A DNA stretch of 64,000 bases from an uncultured delta proteobacterium (GCA_963802945.1 CAWDKY010000033.1:67024-131023); one strand, 5' to 3'. Numbered from the stretch's first letter, positions 31,192 to 42,343 are shown. Numbers and translations are program-made. The notes: generated by a model not told the origin, from the sequence alone.

Positions 31192-31290
31192 TAGATTCTG
31201 GATACTTGATATGAAATTTTTATTTAGTACCAGTATTGGGTTTTTGATTTTATCCAGCATCCAGCATCGGTAGTTTGATCCAGTATCTAT

Positions 31291-31948
31291 TTACAAAAAT
31301 CCATGTTCTCTCAAAAAATCCTCATTCACCTTTGACTCTGGGGCTGATCTGTCCTCTCTCTGTCGGGACAAAAATTGATAGACATACTTCCCAATCAGAT
31401 CGGTTTCCAGGTTCACCTCTTCCCCGATCTTTTTCCGAACCAACGTAGTTTGCGTAGCCGTATGCGGAATAATGGTCAGATCAAAATCGTTTTCTCCAAC
31501 ATGATTAACGGTCAAACTTACCCCATCGACCGCAATAGACCCTTTTTCCACTATAAAGGGTCTTATGGATTTCTCAAAGGATATTTTTATTAAATAAAAA
31601 CTTCCCCGGCTTTCTTTTTGAAGGATCCTACCCGTTCCGTCAGTATGACCGGTTACCCAGTGCCCACCCAGCCGGTCGGACAGACGCAAGGGCCGTTCCA
31701 GATTAACCAGATCCCCAACTTTAATTTTTCTTAGATTGGAACGGCTCAGGGTTTCTTCCGAGACATCAGCGGAAAAGGTCTCCCCATTCCAAGTCGTGGC
31801 CGTCAAACAGACTCCGTTCACGGCAATACTTTCCCCCTGGTAATTTTTCTTTCCAGGGAAATCCCGGTTTGATAGTCAAAAGGGCTTTGTCCCTTTTCTT
31901 CTCTATCCTGGTAATTTCCCCTTGCCCTTCAACTAACCCAGTGAACAT
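31291..31948 (-). CDS. ribE: Riboflavin synthase alpha chain (frameshift near 31835)
   Basis: MFTGLVE in one frame; SIAVNGVCLT, VNLER, GGHWVTGH, KGSIAVDGVSLT in another. Confidence 0.93.
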
Positions 31949-31970
31949 AACAAAAACTTTCAAAAAAATT

Positions 31971-32132
31971 GGATTCGAGGATTCTAGGATTTAAAGGATC
32001 AAGGATTTTAAATTTTTTGTTTTTCCCGGTTTTCACTTGAATCCGCTCGGCTGAGCCTCTTCGATAAACTCAAGACCCAGAGCTTGTCGATGGGCTCGCC
32101 GCAAGCCTTGAACCCTGGATCCCTTGAATCCT
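31971..32132. repeat. Gene-less octamer hairpin element with nested insertions
   Basis: GGATTCGA GGATTCTA GGATTTAA...; right arm CACTTGAATCC [insert 32045-32106] CTTGAACCCTGGATCCCTTGAATCCT. Confidence 0.85.
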
Positions 32133-32147
32133 ATTACTTTTATTATC

Positions 32148-33297
32148 TCACTTTTCCGGATAGGCTTCCACTAAAATATCCCCGGCCAGGGATTTAACCT
32201 TCATCTCCTTAAGCCGGACAGCCTCGGTTACTGTAGCGACTCCGGTTCCGCCGATCATCCCTACGGCCTTTCGGCCCCCGATCAGACAAGGGGCAATAAA
32301 AACGACCAGCTTGTCCACCTGTCTTTCATTCAGAAAGGCGCTATAGATTTCAGCCCCTCCCTCTATTAAAAGGCTGGTTATTCCCCTGCGCCCTAAATGG
32401 GTTAAAAGCTCTTTGATGGAGATGTGTCCATCCCGCTCAGGCAAGGGAAGAATTTCCACACCCTTTGTTTCAAGCTCTTGTCTTTTCCGGATCGGCACCC
32501 CGACCGTCGGCCCCCCCGTCGGCCCCCCCGCCGGCCCCGCTGATGATCAAGGTCTTCCCGGCAGAACTCAGGATTCGGGCTTTTTTGGAAATACGTAATC
32601 GCGGATCAATGACGATCCTTAGGGGATCACGGATCTTTCCTCTTGATAACCGCACGGTCAATAATGGATCATCTTTTACCACGGTCCCGATACCTACCAG
32701 AACCCCATCTACCTGATTTCGTATTCGGTGGACCAGAAGCCGGGAATGTTCATTACTGATCCATTTTGAATCGCCGGTCCGGGTGGCGATCCGGCCATCG
32801 AGGCTGACTGCCGCCTTCAAAATGACAAAAGGAAGGCCAGTGGTAATCCATTTAACATAGACTTCGTTCAGACGACGGCACTCCTCCTCCAGAACTCCCT
32901 GGACCAGATCGATTCCCTGGGAACGAAGCCATGCGGCCCCACCCCCTTTTACGGTCGGATTAGGATCGGTCATCCCGAAAACCACTTTTTTTATGCCGCT
33001 TTCAAGGATCGCCTGGGTGCAGGGAGGGGTTCGGCCGAAATGATTGCAGGGTTCCAGATTGACATATAGTGTTGCCCCTCTGGCTTTTCCGCCGGCCTGG
33101 GCCAAGGCGATCCGTTCAGCATGGGGACCGCCAGCCTTCTGATGAAACCCCTGCCCGACAACTATCCCTTTTCGGACCACTACCGCCCCGACCATTGGGT
33201 TAGGGGAAGTCCGTCCCAAGCCTTTTCGGGCCAAATTAACGGCCTTTTTCATAAAGGCAACATCCACGGGATGATAAGTGTTCTTTTTGGAAATCAT
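32148..33297 (-). CDS. ribD: Bifunctional deaminase/reductase RibD (frameshift near 32500-32540)
   Basis: TSPNPMVG, HAE, LEPCNHFGRTPPC, SLDGRIA, DDPLLTVR; LLIEGG in the second frame. Confidence 0.93.
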
Positions 33298-33324
33298 TTT
33301 TCGCACATAAAATTGAGAAGATGA

Positions 33325-33414
33325 GGGATCAGGGGGTCGAAGATTCGAGGATTCGAGGATTTTAGATTTCAGGATTCTGGCTTTTTCCACTGAATTCTTT
33401 AACCCGTGAATCCT
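33325..33414. repeat. Gene-less octamer hairpin element
   Basis: GGGGTCGA AGATTCGA GGATTCGA GGATT ... CACTGAATTCTTTAACCCGTGAATCCT. Confidence 0.75.
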
Positions 33415-33441
33415 TCATTGATCACTTTTTATCTTTTTGAA

Positions 33442-33906
33442 TTACTTCTTTTTGCGGCTCTCCAGCATTTCTTTCAATTCCTGCATAAAATCACCCGAAT
33501 CCTTAAATTGGTGGTACACCGAAGCAAAACGCACATAAGCCACATCGTCCCACTCATGAAGCTTGGCCATGACCAGCTCACCGATTTCTTTGGTGGCAAT
33601 TTCCTTCCGTCCGGAATCCTGGAAGGACTGCTCTAATAAATCAATGAATTCCTCAATGACCTCGACACTGATTGGACGCTTCTTACAAGCCAATTGAATC
33701 CCTTCGGCGATCTTTTCCCGTTGAAATGGCTCCCTCCGTCCATCTTTTTTAATCACCACTGGGTGGATCTCTTCCACTTTTTCATAGGTGGTAAACCGAC
33801 GCTGACAGGCATCACATTCCCTCCGTCGTCGGATCATGATCCCTTCCCTGCTGAGTCTTGAATCAATGACCTTGTTATTAAAAGAGCCGCAATAAGGACA
33901 TTTCAT
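33442..33906 (-). CDS. nrdR: Transcriptional repressor NrdR
   Basis: MKCPYC, VIDSR, RRRREC, RFTTYE, VAYVRFASVY. Confidence 0.98.
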   Translation of the reverse strand: MKCPYCGSFNNKVIDSRLSREGIMIRRRRECDACQRRFTTYEKVEEIHPVVIKKDGRREPFQREKIAEGIQLACKKRPISVEVIEEFIDLLEQSFQDSGRKEIATKEIGELVMAKLHEWDDVAYVRFASVYHQFKDSGDFMQELKEMLESRKKK

Positions 33907-33997
33907 GGATCATCCCTTCATTTCTCTTTTAGATGGGGAACCATTAGGCTTGAAACCCGGTTTCACTGAACGCAAAAAAATATCTTCGCATTAAGGC

Positions 33998-34480
33998 TTA
34001 ACGATCCTTGGATCCGGGGAACTGGATCACCGGAACCTGGGCGGCCTTTAACAATTCTTCAGACAGGGCGTCGGCATATCCTTCCCGATATATTATTTCC
34101 CGTATTCCGGCGTTGATCAGCATCTTGGAGCAGATGATGCAGGGGAGGTTGGTGCAGTACAGGATCGCCCCTTCAATGGACACGCCGTGATAGGCAGCCT
34201 GAATAATCACATTCTGTTCGGCATGAATGCCCCGGCATAACTCATGCCGTTCTCCGGACGGAATCCCTCCCTGTTCCCTCAGGCACCCCACGTCTAGACA
34301 ATGGGGGATACCGGAGGGCGCCCCGTTATATCCGGTGGCCAGTATCCTTTTGTCTTTTACGGCCACAGCACCAACGCTGCGCCGCAGGCAGGTCGAACGG
34401 CGAGATACCAGCTCGGCAATATCCATAAAATAAACCGGCCAGGGAGGCCGCTGAGTCATCATCGTCGTACTAACCCTCAT
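33998..34480 (-). CDS. dCMP deaminase family (ComEB-like)
   Basis: [26 protein letters not shown]. Confidence 0.94.
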   Translation of the reverse strand: MRVSTTMMTQRPPWPVYFMDIAELVSRRSTCLRRSVGAVAVKDKRILATGYNGAPSGIPHCLDVGCLREQGGIPSGERHELCRGIHAEQNVIIQAAYHGVSIEGAILYCTNLPCIICSKMLINAGIREIIYREGYADALSEELLKAAQVPVIQFPGSKDR

Positions 34481-34581
34481 GTCTGCTTGTGGCAGGCGCT
34501 ACAAAGCTTAAAAACAAACTTTAGAATCAAGCGATCAAGGGTTTTGTCCTGAATTCCGGCTTCTTGATTTTTATTTTCGTC

Positions 34582-35856
34582 CTAAACGATTCGGGGGAAT
34601 AAGGGGAACTCACGGGCAAACTCCCGGACCTCTTTCCGAATACGCTTTAGAAAAGCTTTGTCCCCAACCTGATTCAAAACCTTGGTAATGTAATCAGCCA
34701 CCCTGATCATCTCCGCCTCTTTCATCCCCCGTGTGGTTAAGGCCGGAGTGCCCAGACGAATCCCGCTGGTGATTTGGGGGCTCTTGCTTTCAAAAGGAAT
34801 GCTGTTTTTATTAACCGTGATTCCGGCAAGGTCTAGGGCTTTCTCGGCCTCCACTCCGGTCAATCCGCTAAAACTGACGTCCATCAGGATCATATGATTG
34901 TCGGTTCCATTGGAGATCAATTTGAAGCCCTGTTTCATCAACTCGTCGCCCAAGATGCGGGCGTTGCGCACCACTTGCTCCTGATAGGTCTTGAATCCCG
35001 GGCTCAGGGCCTCTTTAAAGGCCACGGCTTTGGCGGCAATGGTATGCATCATCGGTCCGCCCTGGATACCGGGGAAAACCTGTGAGTCTATTTTCCTTTT
35101 GTATTCAGCTTTAGCTAGGATTAACCCGCCGCGAGGGCCTCTTAAAGTCTTGTGCGTGGTCGAGGTAATAAAATCGGCATGAGGCACTGGCGAAGGATGG
35201 ACATCGGCGCCTATCAATCCGGCGATATGGGCCATATCCACCATTAAATAGGCCCCCACTTCCTTGGCAATCCGGGCAAAGGCCTCAAAATCAAAGACCC
35301 GGGGATAGGCACTGGCCCCGGCAATAATTAATTTGGGCTGGGTTCTCCGCGCCTGATCGGCGACTTGCTGATAATCGATCTGCTGGGTCTCACGGTCCAC
35401 ACCATATGAATGGATCTCATAGAACCTTCCGGAAAAACTGACCGGACTCCCATGGGTCAAATGCCCTCCATGGGCCAGATCCATACTGAGGATCTTTCCT
35501 CCGGGTTTAAGGGCAGCAAAATAAACTGCCATATTGGCTTGAGAACCGGAGTGGGGTTGAACGTTGGCATGGTCGGTCTTGAAGATTTGACAAGCCCGTT
35601 GAATGGCCAGGTTTTCCACCTGATCCGCAAATTCACAACCCCCATAATATCTTTTTCCAGGATACCCTTCGGCATATTTGTTGGTCAAGACACTGGCCTG
35701 GGCCTCTAACACCGCCCGGCTGGCAATGTTTTCCGAGGCAATCAATTCTAATTTTTCGATTTGCCGTTTCCATTCTCCCTGTAAGGCCTTGGCCACCTCA
35801 GGGTCCACAGCCTTTAAATTGATCCCGGGTTTCCCGGTCCCCCTGATCATAAACAA
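34582..35856 (-). CDS. glyA: Serine hydroxymethyltransferase
   Basis: [33 protein letters not shown]. Confidence 0.98.
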   Translation of the reverse strand: MFMIRGTGKPGINLKAVDPEVAKALQGEWKRQIEKLELIASENIASRAVLEAQASVLTNKYAEGYPGKRYYGGCEFADQVENLAIQRACQIFKTDHANVQPHSGSQANMAVYFAALKPGGKILSMDLAHGGHLTHGSPVSFSGRFYEIHSYGVDRETQQIDYQQVADQARRTQPKLIIAGASAYPRVFDFEAFARIAKEVGAYLMVDMAHIAGLIGADVHPSPVPHADFITSTTHKTLRGPRGGLILAKAEYKRKIDSQVFPGIQGGPMMHTIAAKAVAFKEALSPGFKTYQEQVVRNARILGDELMKQGFKLISNGTDNHMILMDVSFSGLTGVEAEKALDLAGITVNKNSIPFESKSPQITSGIRLGTPALTTRGMKEAEMIRVADYITKVLNQVGDKAFLKRIRKEVREFAREFPLFPRIV

Positions 35857-36341
35857 CCACCTTCCATTTTCTTGACCCTTCTCAGATGCCGCCCTTTTTC
35901 AAAAGGGGTTTCCAAAAATGTCTGAACAATAGCCTGGGCCAACCCGGGTCCTACAACCCGACTCCCCATCGCCAGGACATTAGCGTTATTATGGGCCCTG
36001 GCCATCCTGACCGTATAGAGATCATTACAAAGTGCGGCCCGAACCCCGGACAACCGATTAGCTGTAATGGACATGCCGATCCCGGTCCCACAGATCAGAA
36101 TTCCGGATTTTGCCCGGCCCTTGGCGACCGCCCGGGCCACTTTGATGGCAAAATCTGGGTAATCTACAGATTCATTGCTGAAGGTCCCTGCATCTTCAAG
36201 GCGAAGCCCCTTGGCCGAAAGGGTCTCACGGATGAGTTCCTTTAGTTCAAAGCCGGCATGATCGGCACCGATCATCAGATCAATTTTCTTTTTTTTCTCA
36301 GGCATATTTCTTGAAGACAAGCACGGCATTAGTTCCCCCAA
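35847..36341 (-). CDS. rpiB: Ribose-5-phosphate isomerase B (start probably near 36305)
   Basis: [33 protein letters not shown]. Confidence 0.96.
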   Translation of the reverse strand: MGELMPCLSSRNMPEKKKKIDLMIGADHAGFELKELIRETLSAKGLRLEDAGTFSNESVDYPDFAIKVARAVAKGRAKSGILICGTGIGMSITANRLSGVRAALCNDLYTVRMARAHNNANVLAMGSRVVGPGLAQAIVQTFLETPFEKGRHLRRVKKMEGGCL

Positions 36342-37537
36342 AGCCGAAAGAATTGGTCATGGCCACATTCACCTCGGCCTTTCGGGCCTGGTTAGGCACG
36401 TAATCCAGATCGCATTCAGGATCCGGGTTGTCCAAATTGATCGTCGGCGGGATAATACCTTCCAAGATCGTCATAACGGTAAAAACCGATTCCACCCCTC
36501 CGGCGCCTCCCAGCAGGTGACCGGTCATGGACTTGGTTGAACTGACGGCCAGTTTGGCGACATGGTCCTTAAAGACGGCCTTGATGGCCAAGGTCTCAGC
36601 CGCATCATTTAAACCCGTTGAGGTCCCATGGGCATTGATGTATTGGACCTCCTCAGGTTTCATCCCAGCATCATCCAAGGCCATCTGCATACAACGGATC
36701 GCCCCGTCGCCATCGGGGGAAGGGGCAGTCATATGATAGGCATCCCCGGTCAATCCATAGCCCACGATTTCACCCAGAATCGGAGCACCCCGCTCCAAGG
36801 CAAATTCCAGATCTTCCAGGATCAGTATCCCGCTTCCTTCGGCTATGACAAATCCATCCCTGTCCCGATCAAAAGGTCTGGAGGCCTTTTCCGGTTCTTC
36901 GTTCCGAGTGGAAAGGGCCCGCATGGCATTAAATCCACCCACGGCTAGGGGGGTGATCACCGCCTCAACCCCTCCGCAGATCATGGCCTTGGCCGCCCCT
37001 CTTTGAATCAGTTTAAACGAATCGCCGATAGCGTGGTTGCCCGCCGCACAAGCGGTCTCGATAGATAAATTAGGCCCTTTGGCCCCATATTCAATGGCAA
37101 TCTGACCCGGGGCCATATTGGCGATCAACATGGGGATAAAAAAAGGGCTGATCCGATCCGGACCGCGAGAAAGCAAGAGCGGTATGGGTATCTTCGATGG
37201 TCTTGAGTCCTCCCAACCCGCAGCCGGTCATTACACCTACGAACGGTGCCAGCTCAGGGGTTATCTTCAACCCTGACTGTTCCATAGCCATCCGGGCCGC
37301 AGCCAGGGCGTAATGAACAAAGACATCCAGCCGTTTAATCAATTTCTGGGGGACAAAATCCTCGACCTTAAACCCTTTAATTTCTCCGGCTATCCGGGTG
37401 CGAAATTTGCTGGCATCAAAGCGGGTAATCGGTCCGATTCCCGACTTGCCTTGGCACAAATTTTCCCAGGTTTCCTTCACCCCGATCCCGACAGGGGTTA
37501 CCAGCCCCAAGCCCGTCACAACAACTCTTTTTTTCAA
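36298..37537 (-). CDS. fabF: Beta-ketoacyl-ACP synthase II (frameshift near 37175)
   Basis: RVVVTGLG; [29 protein letters not shown]. Confidence 0.95.
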
Positions 37538-37573
37538 AACCTTGCCTCCTGGAGAAAAAGGATTCCGTTTTGA

Positions 37574-37807
37574 TTATTGGGTGTGGGCATGAATATAATC
37601 AATAGCGTCTTGAACAGTTTTGATCTTTTCGGCATCTTCATCGGCGATAGAAATATTAAAGGCCTCCTCCATGGCCATAATCATCTCCACCAGGTCCAAG
37701 GAATCGGCTCCCAGGTCATCTACAAAAGATGCCTTGGTAACCACATCCTCTTCGGGAACGCTCAACTGTTCACAAATAATGGCCCTTACTTTTTCTTCAA
37801 TGTTCAT
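37574..37807 (-). CDS. acpP: Acyl carrier protein
   Basis: [11 protein letters not shown]. Confidence 0.98.
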   Translation of the reverse strand: MNIEEKVRAIICEQLSVPEEDVVTKASFVDDLGADSLDLVEMIMAMEEAFNISIADEDAEKIKTVQDAIDYIHAHTQ

Positions 37808-37973
37808 AGGTAATTACCTTCCTTTCCTTATTTGCTCTTTATTAAAGTTTTGCTGTCAGCCTTGGTCTGGCAACCTTATGGTTTTCAATATTTGGTCATA
37901 TATTTTATCAGTCGTTTCTAGAAAATTATACATAAACTGCAATGAACGATCTGTCCAGTGAAAAAAGAAGCCC

Positions 37974-38037
37974 GAATCCAGAAGGCAGCAGTCAAAATAA
38001 AATCCTTTCCTTCTGAATTCTGACTCCTGACTTCTGA
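37974..38037. repeat. Inverted heptamer arrays (AGTCAGA / TCTGACT type)
   Basis: CAGAAGGCAGCAGTCAAAAT ... TTCTGAATTCTGACTCCTGACTTCTG; related arm at 50471-50503. Confidence 0.7.
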
Positions 38038-38048
38038 TTGTGTTATTT

Positions 38049-38796
38049 TTACATATACATCCCGCCGCTGATATGGATGACCTGGCCGGTAATATAATTG
38101 GAGGCCTTTGAAACCAGGAAGGCCACCAATTCGGCTACCTCTTCAGGTTGTCCGCTCCGGCCCATAGGGATCATGCGCAAAAATTCCTGACGGACCTGTT
38201 CCGGAAGCACAGCGGTCATCTCGGTATCAATAAATCCAGGGGCGACGGCATTCACCTGAATCCCCCGGGCAGCCACCTCTTTGGCCACTGATTTGGTGAA
38301 TCCTATGATCCCGGCCTTGGAAGCGGCATAATTGGCCTGGCCGGCATTACCCATGACCCCGGACACGGAAGCGATATTGACGATCTTTCCCGATTTATTC
38401 TTGACCATGGACCGGATCACCGCTTGGGTGCAATTAAAAACCCCTTTCAGATTGATGGCCATGACCCGATCCCAATCTTCCTCTTTCATTCGCATCAGCA
38501 GGGTATCACGGGTAATCCCGGCATTATTGATCAAAACATCGATCCGGCCCCATTCCTTCTGCAAACCATCGATGTGTGATTGAACTTCCTTATTGTCGGC
38601 CACATTGAAATAACAAATTTTCCCTTTGGCCCCTTTAGCCTCCACATCCCGCAAGGTCTGTTCGGCCATCCCGGGATCGGGATCATAATGGTTCAATAAT
38701 AATACAACGCTCCGGCCCGGCCAGGTGCAGAGCAATGGCCCGGCCGATGCCACGAGAGGCGCCGGTAATTAAGATAACCCTTTGATCTTCATTCAT
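38049..38796 (-). CDS. fabG: 3-oxoacyl-ACP reductase (frameshift near 38710)
   Basis: ITGASRGIG from ATG 38796; NNAGITRD, YAASK, VAPGFI in the second frame. Confidence 0.95.
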
Positions 38797-38840
38797 GTTG
38801 GAATCCTTTTCGTTCCCTATAGATCATGAATAGCGGTTTC

Positions 38841-38967
38841 TTGATGCTGGATAGAAAAAACCCGATACTGGATAAAAACAAAAAGCGATACTCGATTCTG
38901 GATAAAGTCAATCAAGCATCAAGTATCCAGTATCGGCAGTTTGATCCAGTATCCTGCATCCAATATC
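38841..38967. repeat. GATACTG-heptamer modular element, copy 3
   Basis: 38880-38949 is the exact reverse complement of 40194-40263. Confidence 0.9.
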
Positions 38968-38973
38968 TGAATT

Positions 38974-40174
38974 TCAGTTATTTCCCATCCTGGCCTTCAA
39001 CTGCCTGGTCATCTCTGGGACGATCTCGAAAAGATCACCCACAATACCATAGGAGGCCACATCAAAGATAGGGGCATAAGGATCCGAATTAATGGCCACG
39101 ATGGTATCCGAAGACTGCATCCCGACCAAATGCTGGACCGCACCGGAAACCCCGACAGCGATATACAGTTTCGGGGCCACGGTCTTTCCGGTCTGCCCCA
39201 CCTGATGAGCGTAAGAAATCCAGCCGGCATCCACAGCCCCACGGGAAGCCCCGACTGCGGCATTTAGCATATCGGCCAATTCCCTGATCAGAGCAAAATT
39301 CTTTTCCTCCTGCAATCCCCTGCCTCCGGTGACAATCACATCGGCCTCGGCCAGCCGCACCTTCTCGGTAATTTCTTCTACAATCTCCAACAACCGGGTT
39401 TTTTGAACCAGTTGGGACCAATCCATTTCCACCGGGATAACCTCTCCAAAACGACCGGGTTGGGGTACCCCTTTTTTCATAACTTTAGACCTAACCGTAG
39501 CCATTTGGGGCCGCTTTTGGGGACAAATAATAGTGGCCATAATGTTTCCCCCAAAGGCCGGGCGGGTCTGAAGCAGAAGGCGTTGTTCGGTATCAATAGA
39601 TAGTTCCGTACAATCGGCCGTCAGTCCGGTTCCAATTTGGGTGGCCACCTTGGGAATGAAGGATCGGCCTATGGAAGTGGCACCAGCCAGGACGATTTCG
39701 GGCCGATAGGTCCGGATGATCCGGGTCAGGCATTCTCCATAGAGTTCATCGGTAAATCCTTCCAAAGAAGGATGATCGGCCACATACACCCGATCGGCCC
39801 CATGTTCAATCAGGCTGACAGCGGAAGCTGAAATATCTTTTCCTATCAAAGCCGCTGAAAGGGAAACTTTCAAAGTGTCAGCCAGTTCGCGGCCCTTATG
39901 ACAGCAACTCATAGGTCACTTCAGCAATTTTGCCGAGACGTTGTTCAGCAAAAATCATGACGCCGGAATAGTCCTCAGGGTTTTGTCCTTTTTCCAAAAA
40001 TGGAACGAATATGGCCTTGACCGGGCAATCGTCCACACATGCCCCGCACAAGGTGCATTGGTCATTGACCGAGACCTTGCCATCCTTGGCTTCAATGGCA
40101 TTGAAAGGGCAGACCGAGATACAGACTTCACAGCCGGTGCATTTTTCCAAATCAATTTGGGTTTGAAGGCTCAT
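38974..40174 (-). CDS. etfA: Electron transfer flavoprotein alpha subunit with N-terminal 2x[4Fe-4S] ferredoxin domain (frameshift near 39900)
   Basis: [12 protein letters not shown] and [12 protein letters not shown]; [34 protein letters not shown]. Confidence 0.93.
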
Positions 40175-40187
40175 ATTTTTCTTAAAG

Positions 40188-40289
40188 GCGATGCTGGATC
40201 AAACTGCCGATACTGGATACTTGATGCTTGATTGACTTTATCCAGAATCGAGTATCGCTTTTTTTATCCAGTATTAAGTATCCAGCATC
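40188..40289. repeat. GATACTG-heptamer modular element, copy 4
   Basis: Inverted relative to copy 3; direct relative to copy 5. Confidence 0.9.
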
Positions 40290-40306
40290 TATATCATCAA
40301 CTGTTT

Positions 40307-41095
40307 TCAAACAATCAATTTAAGATTCGTCAACTTATCCAGCAACTGAGTCACCTGTTCTTCCACCGTTCCCTCAATCCATTCTCTTTCTTTAAGTCTG
40401 GGCGGTGGAAAAACCTTGATCACCTGGGTAGCCGATCCTTGAATGCCCACTCGTTCGGAGTCCGCCTTCAATTCCTTGGCACCATAGACTTCGATCTTCT
40501 GGGACTTGGCCCTCATTTTCCCTTTCAGGGAAGGGAGCCGGGGTTCGTTGATTTCCTTTACCACAGTAAGCAAGGCCGGTAAAGTCAGTTCCATCCGATC
40601 ATAGCCGTCGTCCATCAGGCGCTGAACATGCATTCGTCCGTCCTGTATCTCTTCAATCTTGCGCACCCAGGTTACATAAGGGATGGACAACCTTTCTGCA
40701 ATCCCTGGTCCCACCTGGGCCGTGTCTCCATCCACGGCCTGCTTTCCGCAGAGGATCAGGTCAAAGGGCCCGATTTTTTCAATCCCTTTGGCCAGTGTAT
40801 AGGAAGTCGCCCAGGTATCGGCCCCGGCAAAAGCCCGATCGGAAAACAAAACCGCTTCATCGGCCCCATAAGTGATGGCTTCCCGCAAAGAGGATTCGGC
40901 CTGAGGGGGCCCCATGGAACAGACGGTCACCTTTCCTCCTAAGCGATCCTTCAATCGCAGTCCTTCCTCCAGGGCATACATGTCGTAAGGATTGATAATG
41001 CTATCCACTCCTTCTCGAATCAGGGTATGGGTCTTTTCATCCAGACGAACCTGTTTAGTATCCGGAACCTGTTTGATACAGACGATGATGTGCAT
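40307..41095 (-). CDS. etfB: Electron transfer flavoprotein beta subunit
   Basis: CIKQVPD, INPYD, SMGP, DRAFAGADTWATS, GKQAVDGDTAQVGP, INEPR. Confidence 0.96.
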   Translation of the reverse strand: MHIIVCIKQVPDTKQVRLDEKTHTLIREGVDSIINPYDMYALEEGLRLKDRLGGKVTVCSMGPPQAESSLREAITYGADEAVLFSDRAFAGADTWATSYTLAKGIEKIGPFDLILCGKQAVDGDTAQVGPGIAERLSIPYVTWVRKIEEIQDGRMHVQRLMDDGYDRMELTLPALLTVVKEINEPRLPSLKGKMRAKSQKIEVYGAKELKADSERVGIQGSATQVIKVFPPPRLKEREWIEGTVEEQVTQLLDKLTNLKLIV

Positions 41096-41100
41096 GGTTC

Positions 41101-41177
41101 AATTTCGGATTTCGGATTTCTGATCTCGGAGTATTAGCTATTCATCATTCCGCAATCCGCATTCCGAAATCCGAAAT
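41101..41177. repeat. Inverted heptamer arrays (ATTTCGG / CCGAAAT)
   Basis: AATTTCGGATTTCGGATTTCTGATCTCGG ... TTCCGCAATCCGCATTCCGAAATCCGAAATT. Confidence 0.9.
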
Positions 41178-42343
41178 TAGTTGGTGCTTTTCTTCCTTCC
41201 CCCTTCTTTATTGAGTTCCTGCCCGATGATATTTCTTTGAACCTGATTGTTCCCTTCATAGATTTGCAGGATTTTAGCGTCACGCATCATTTTTTCCACC
41301 GGATAGTCTCTCATATAGCCGGCCCCTCCAAAAATCTGGACCGCATCGGTGGTCACTTTCATGGCCGCATCACTGGCAAAAACCTTGGCCATGGCCGAAG
41401 CCTTGGAGACATCTTTGGCCCCGCTGTCCACAAAGCGGGCCGCGCAGTAAACCAGGGCCCGAGCGGCTTCCGTCAAGGTGGCCATATCGGCCAGCATGTG
41501 TGCTACCGCCTGAAAGGTGATAATCGGTTTCCCGAACTGCATCCGGGTCCGGGCGAAGGAAACGGCCTCTTCCATGGCTCCCTGGGCCAGTCCTACCGCT
41601 TGTGCCCCTACTCCCGTAAGAGACTGATCAAACTTCTTCATGGCCACGACGAATCCCATCCCTTCCTGGGCGATGATCCGTTCTTTAGGGATACGGCATT
41701 GGGTGAATATCAGTTCCCCGGTGGCCGAAGCCCGGATGCCCATCTTGCTTTCCTTTTTGCCGAACCCAAAACCCGGATCCCCCTTTTCGACAATAAAGAC
41801 GCTGGCTCCGCGAGGTCCCTTGCTGCGATCGGTGATAGCGATCACCGAGTAGATGTCGGCTTCTCCGGCATTGGTGATCCATTGTTTGGTTCCATTCAGG
41901 ACATATTCGTTTCCTTTTAATTCGGCTGTGGTCATGATGTCCCCGGCATCACTTCCGGCCGTTGACTCAGTCAGGGCAAAGGCCGCTAATTTTCGACCGG
42001 CGGCAATCTCCGGAAGGTATTTTTTCTTTTGTTCTTCACTCCCGTATAAAAGGATCGGATAAGCCCCCAGACCACTGGCAGCAAAACTGGTAGAGACCCC
42101 CAGACACCCCCGGCTCAATTCCTCCACGGCCAGGCAATTTTCAAAAGAGCCTCCTCCGAAACCTCCATACTCCTGGGGTATGCCAACACCGAAGAGATCG
42201 GATTGGGCGATCATCTTCAATAATTCCCTGGGAAATTCCTCTTTTTCATCCAACTCGGCCCGGACCGGCTTGATCTTTTCGTCGGCTATCTTTTGGGCGA
42301 TTTCTTTGATCATCTGCTGTTCTTCGGTAAGAAAATAATCCAT
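41177..42343 (-). CDS. Acyl-CoA dehydrogenase (Bcd-like)
   Basis: FALTESTAGSDA, LNGTKQWITN, KMGIR, RMQFGKPI, QIFGGAGY, IYEG catalytic Glu. Confidence 0.96.
   Translation of the reverse strand: MDYFLTEEQQMIKEIAQKIADEKIKPVRAELDEKEEFPRELLKMIAQSDLFGVGIPQEYGGFGGGSFENCLAVEELSRGCLGVSTSFAASGLGAYPILLYGSEEQKKKYLPEIAAGRKLAAFALTESTAGSDAGDIMTTAELKGNEYVLNGTKQWITNAGEADIYSVIAITDRSKGPRGASVFIVEKGDPGFGFGKKESKMGIRASATGELIFTQCRIPKERIIAQEGMGFVVAMKKFDQSLTGVGAQAVGLAQGAMEEAVSFARTRMQFGKPIITFQAVAHMLADMATLTEAARALVYCAARFVDSGAKDVSKASAMAKVFASDAAMKVTTDAVQIFGGAGYMRDYPVEKMMRDAKILQIYEGNNQVQRNIIGQELNKEGGRKKSTN

Noticed and set aside
39896-40174. Stand-alone ferredoxin gene
   Set aside because: Its tail (GVMIFAEQ...EVTYELL) is the start of EtfA; it is one fused gene split by a frameshift.
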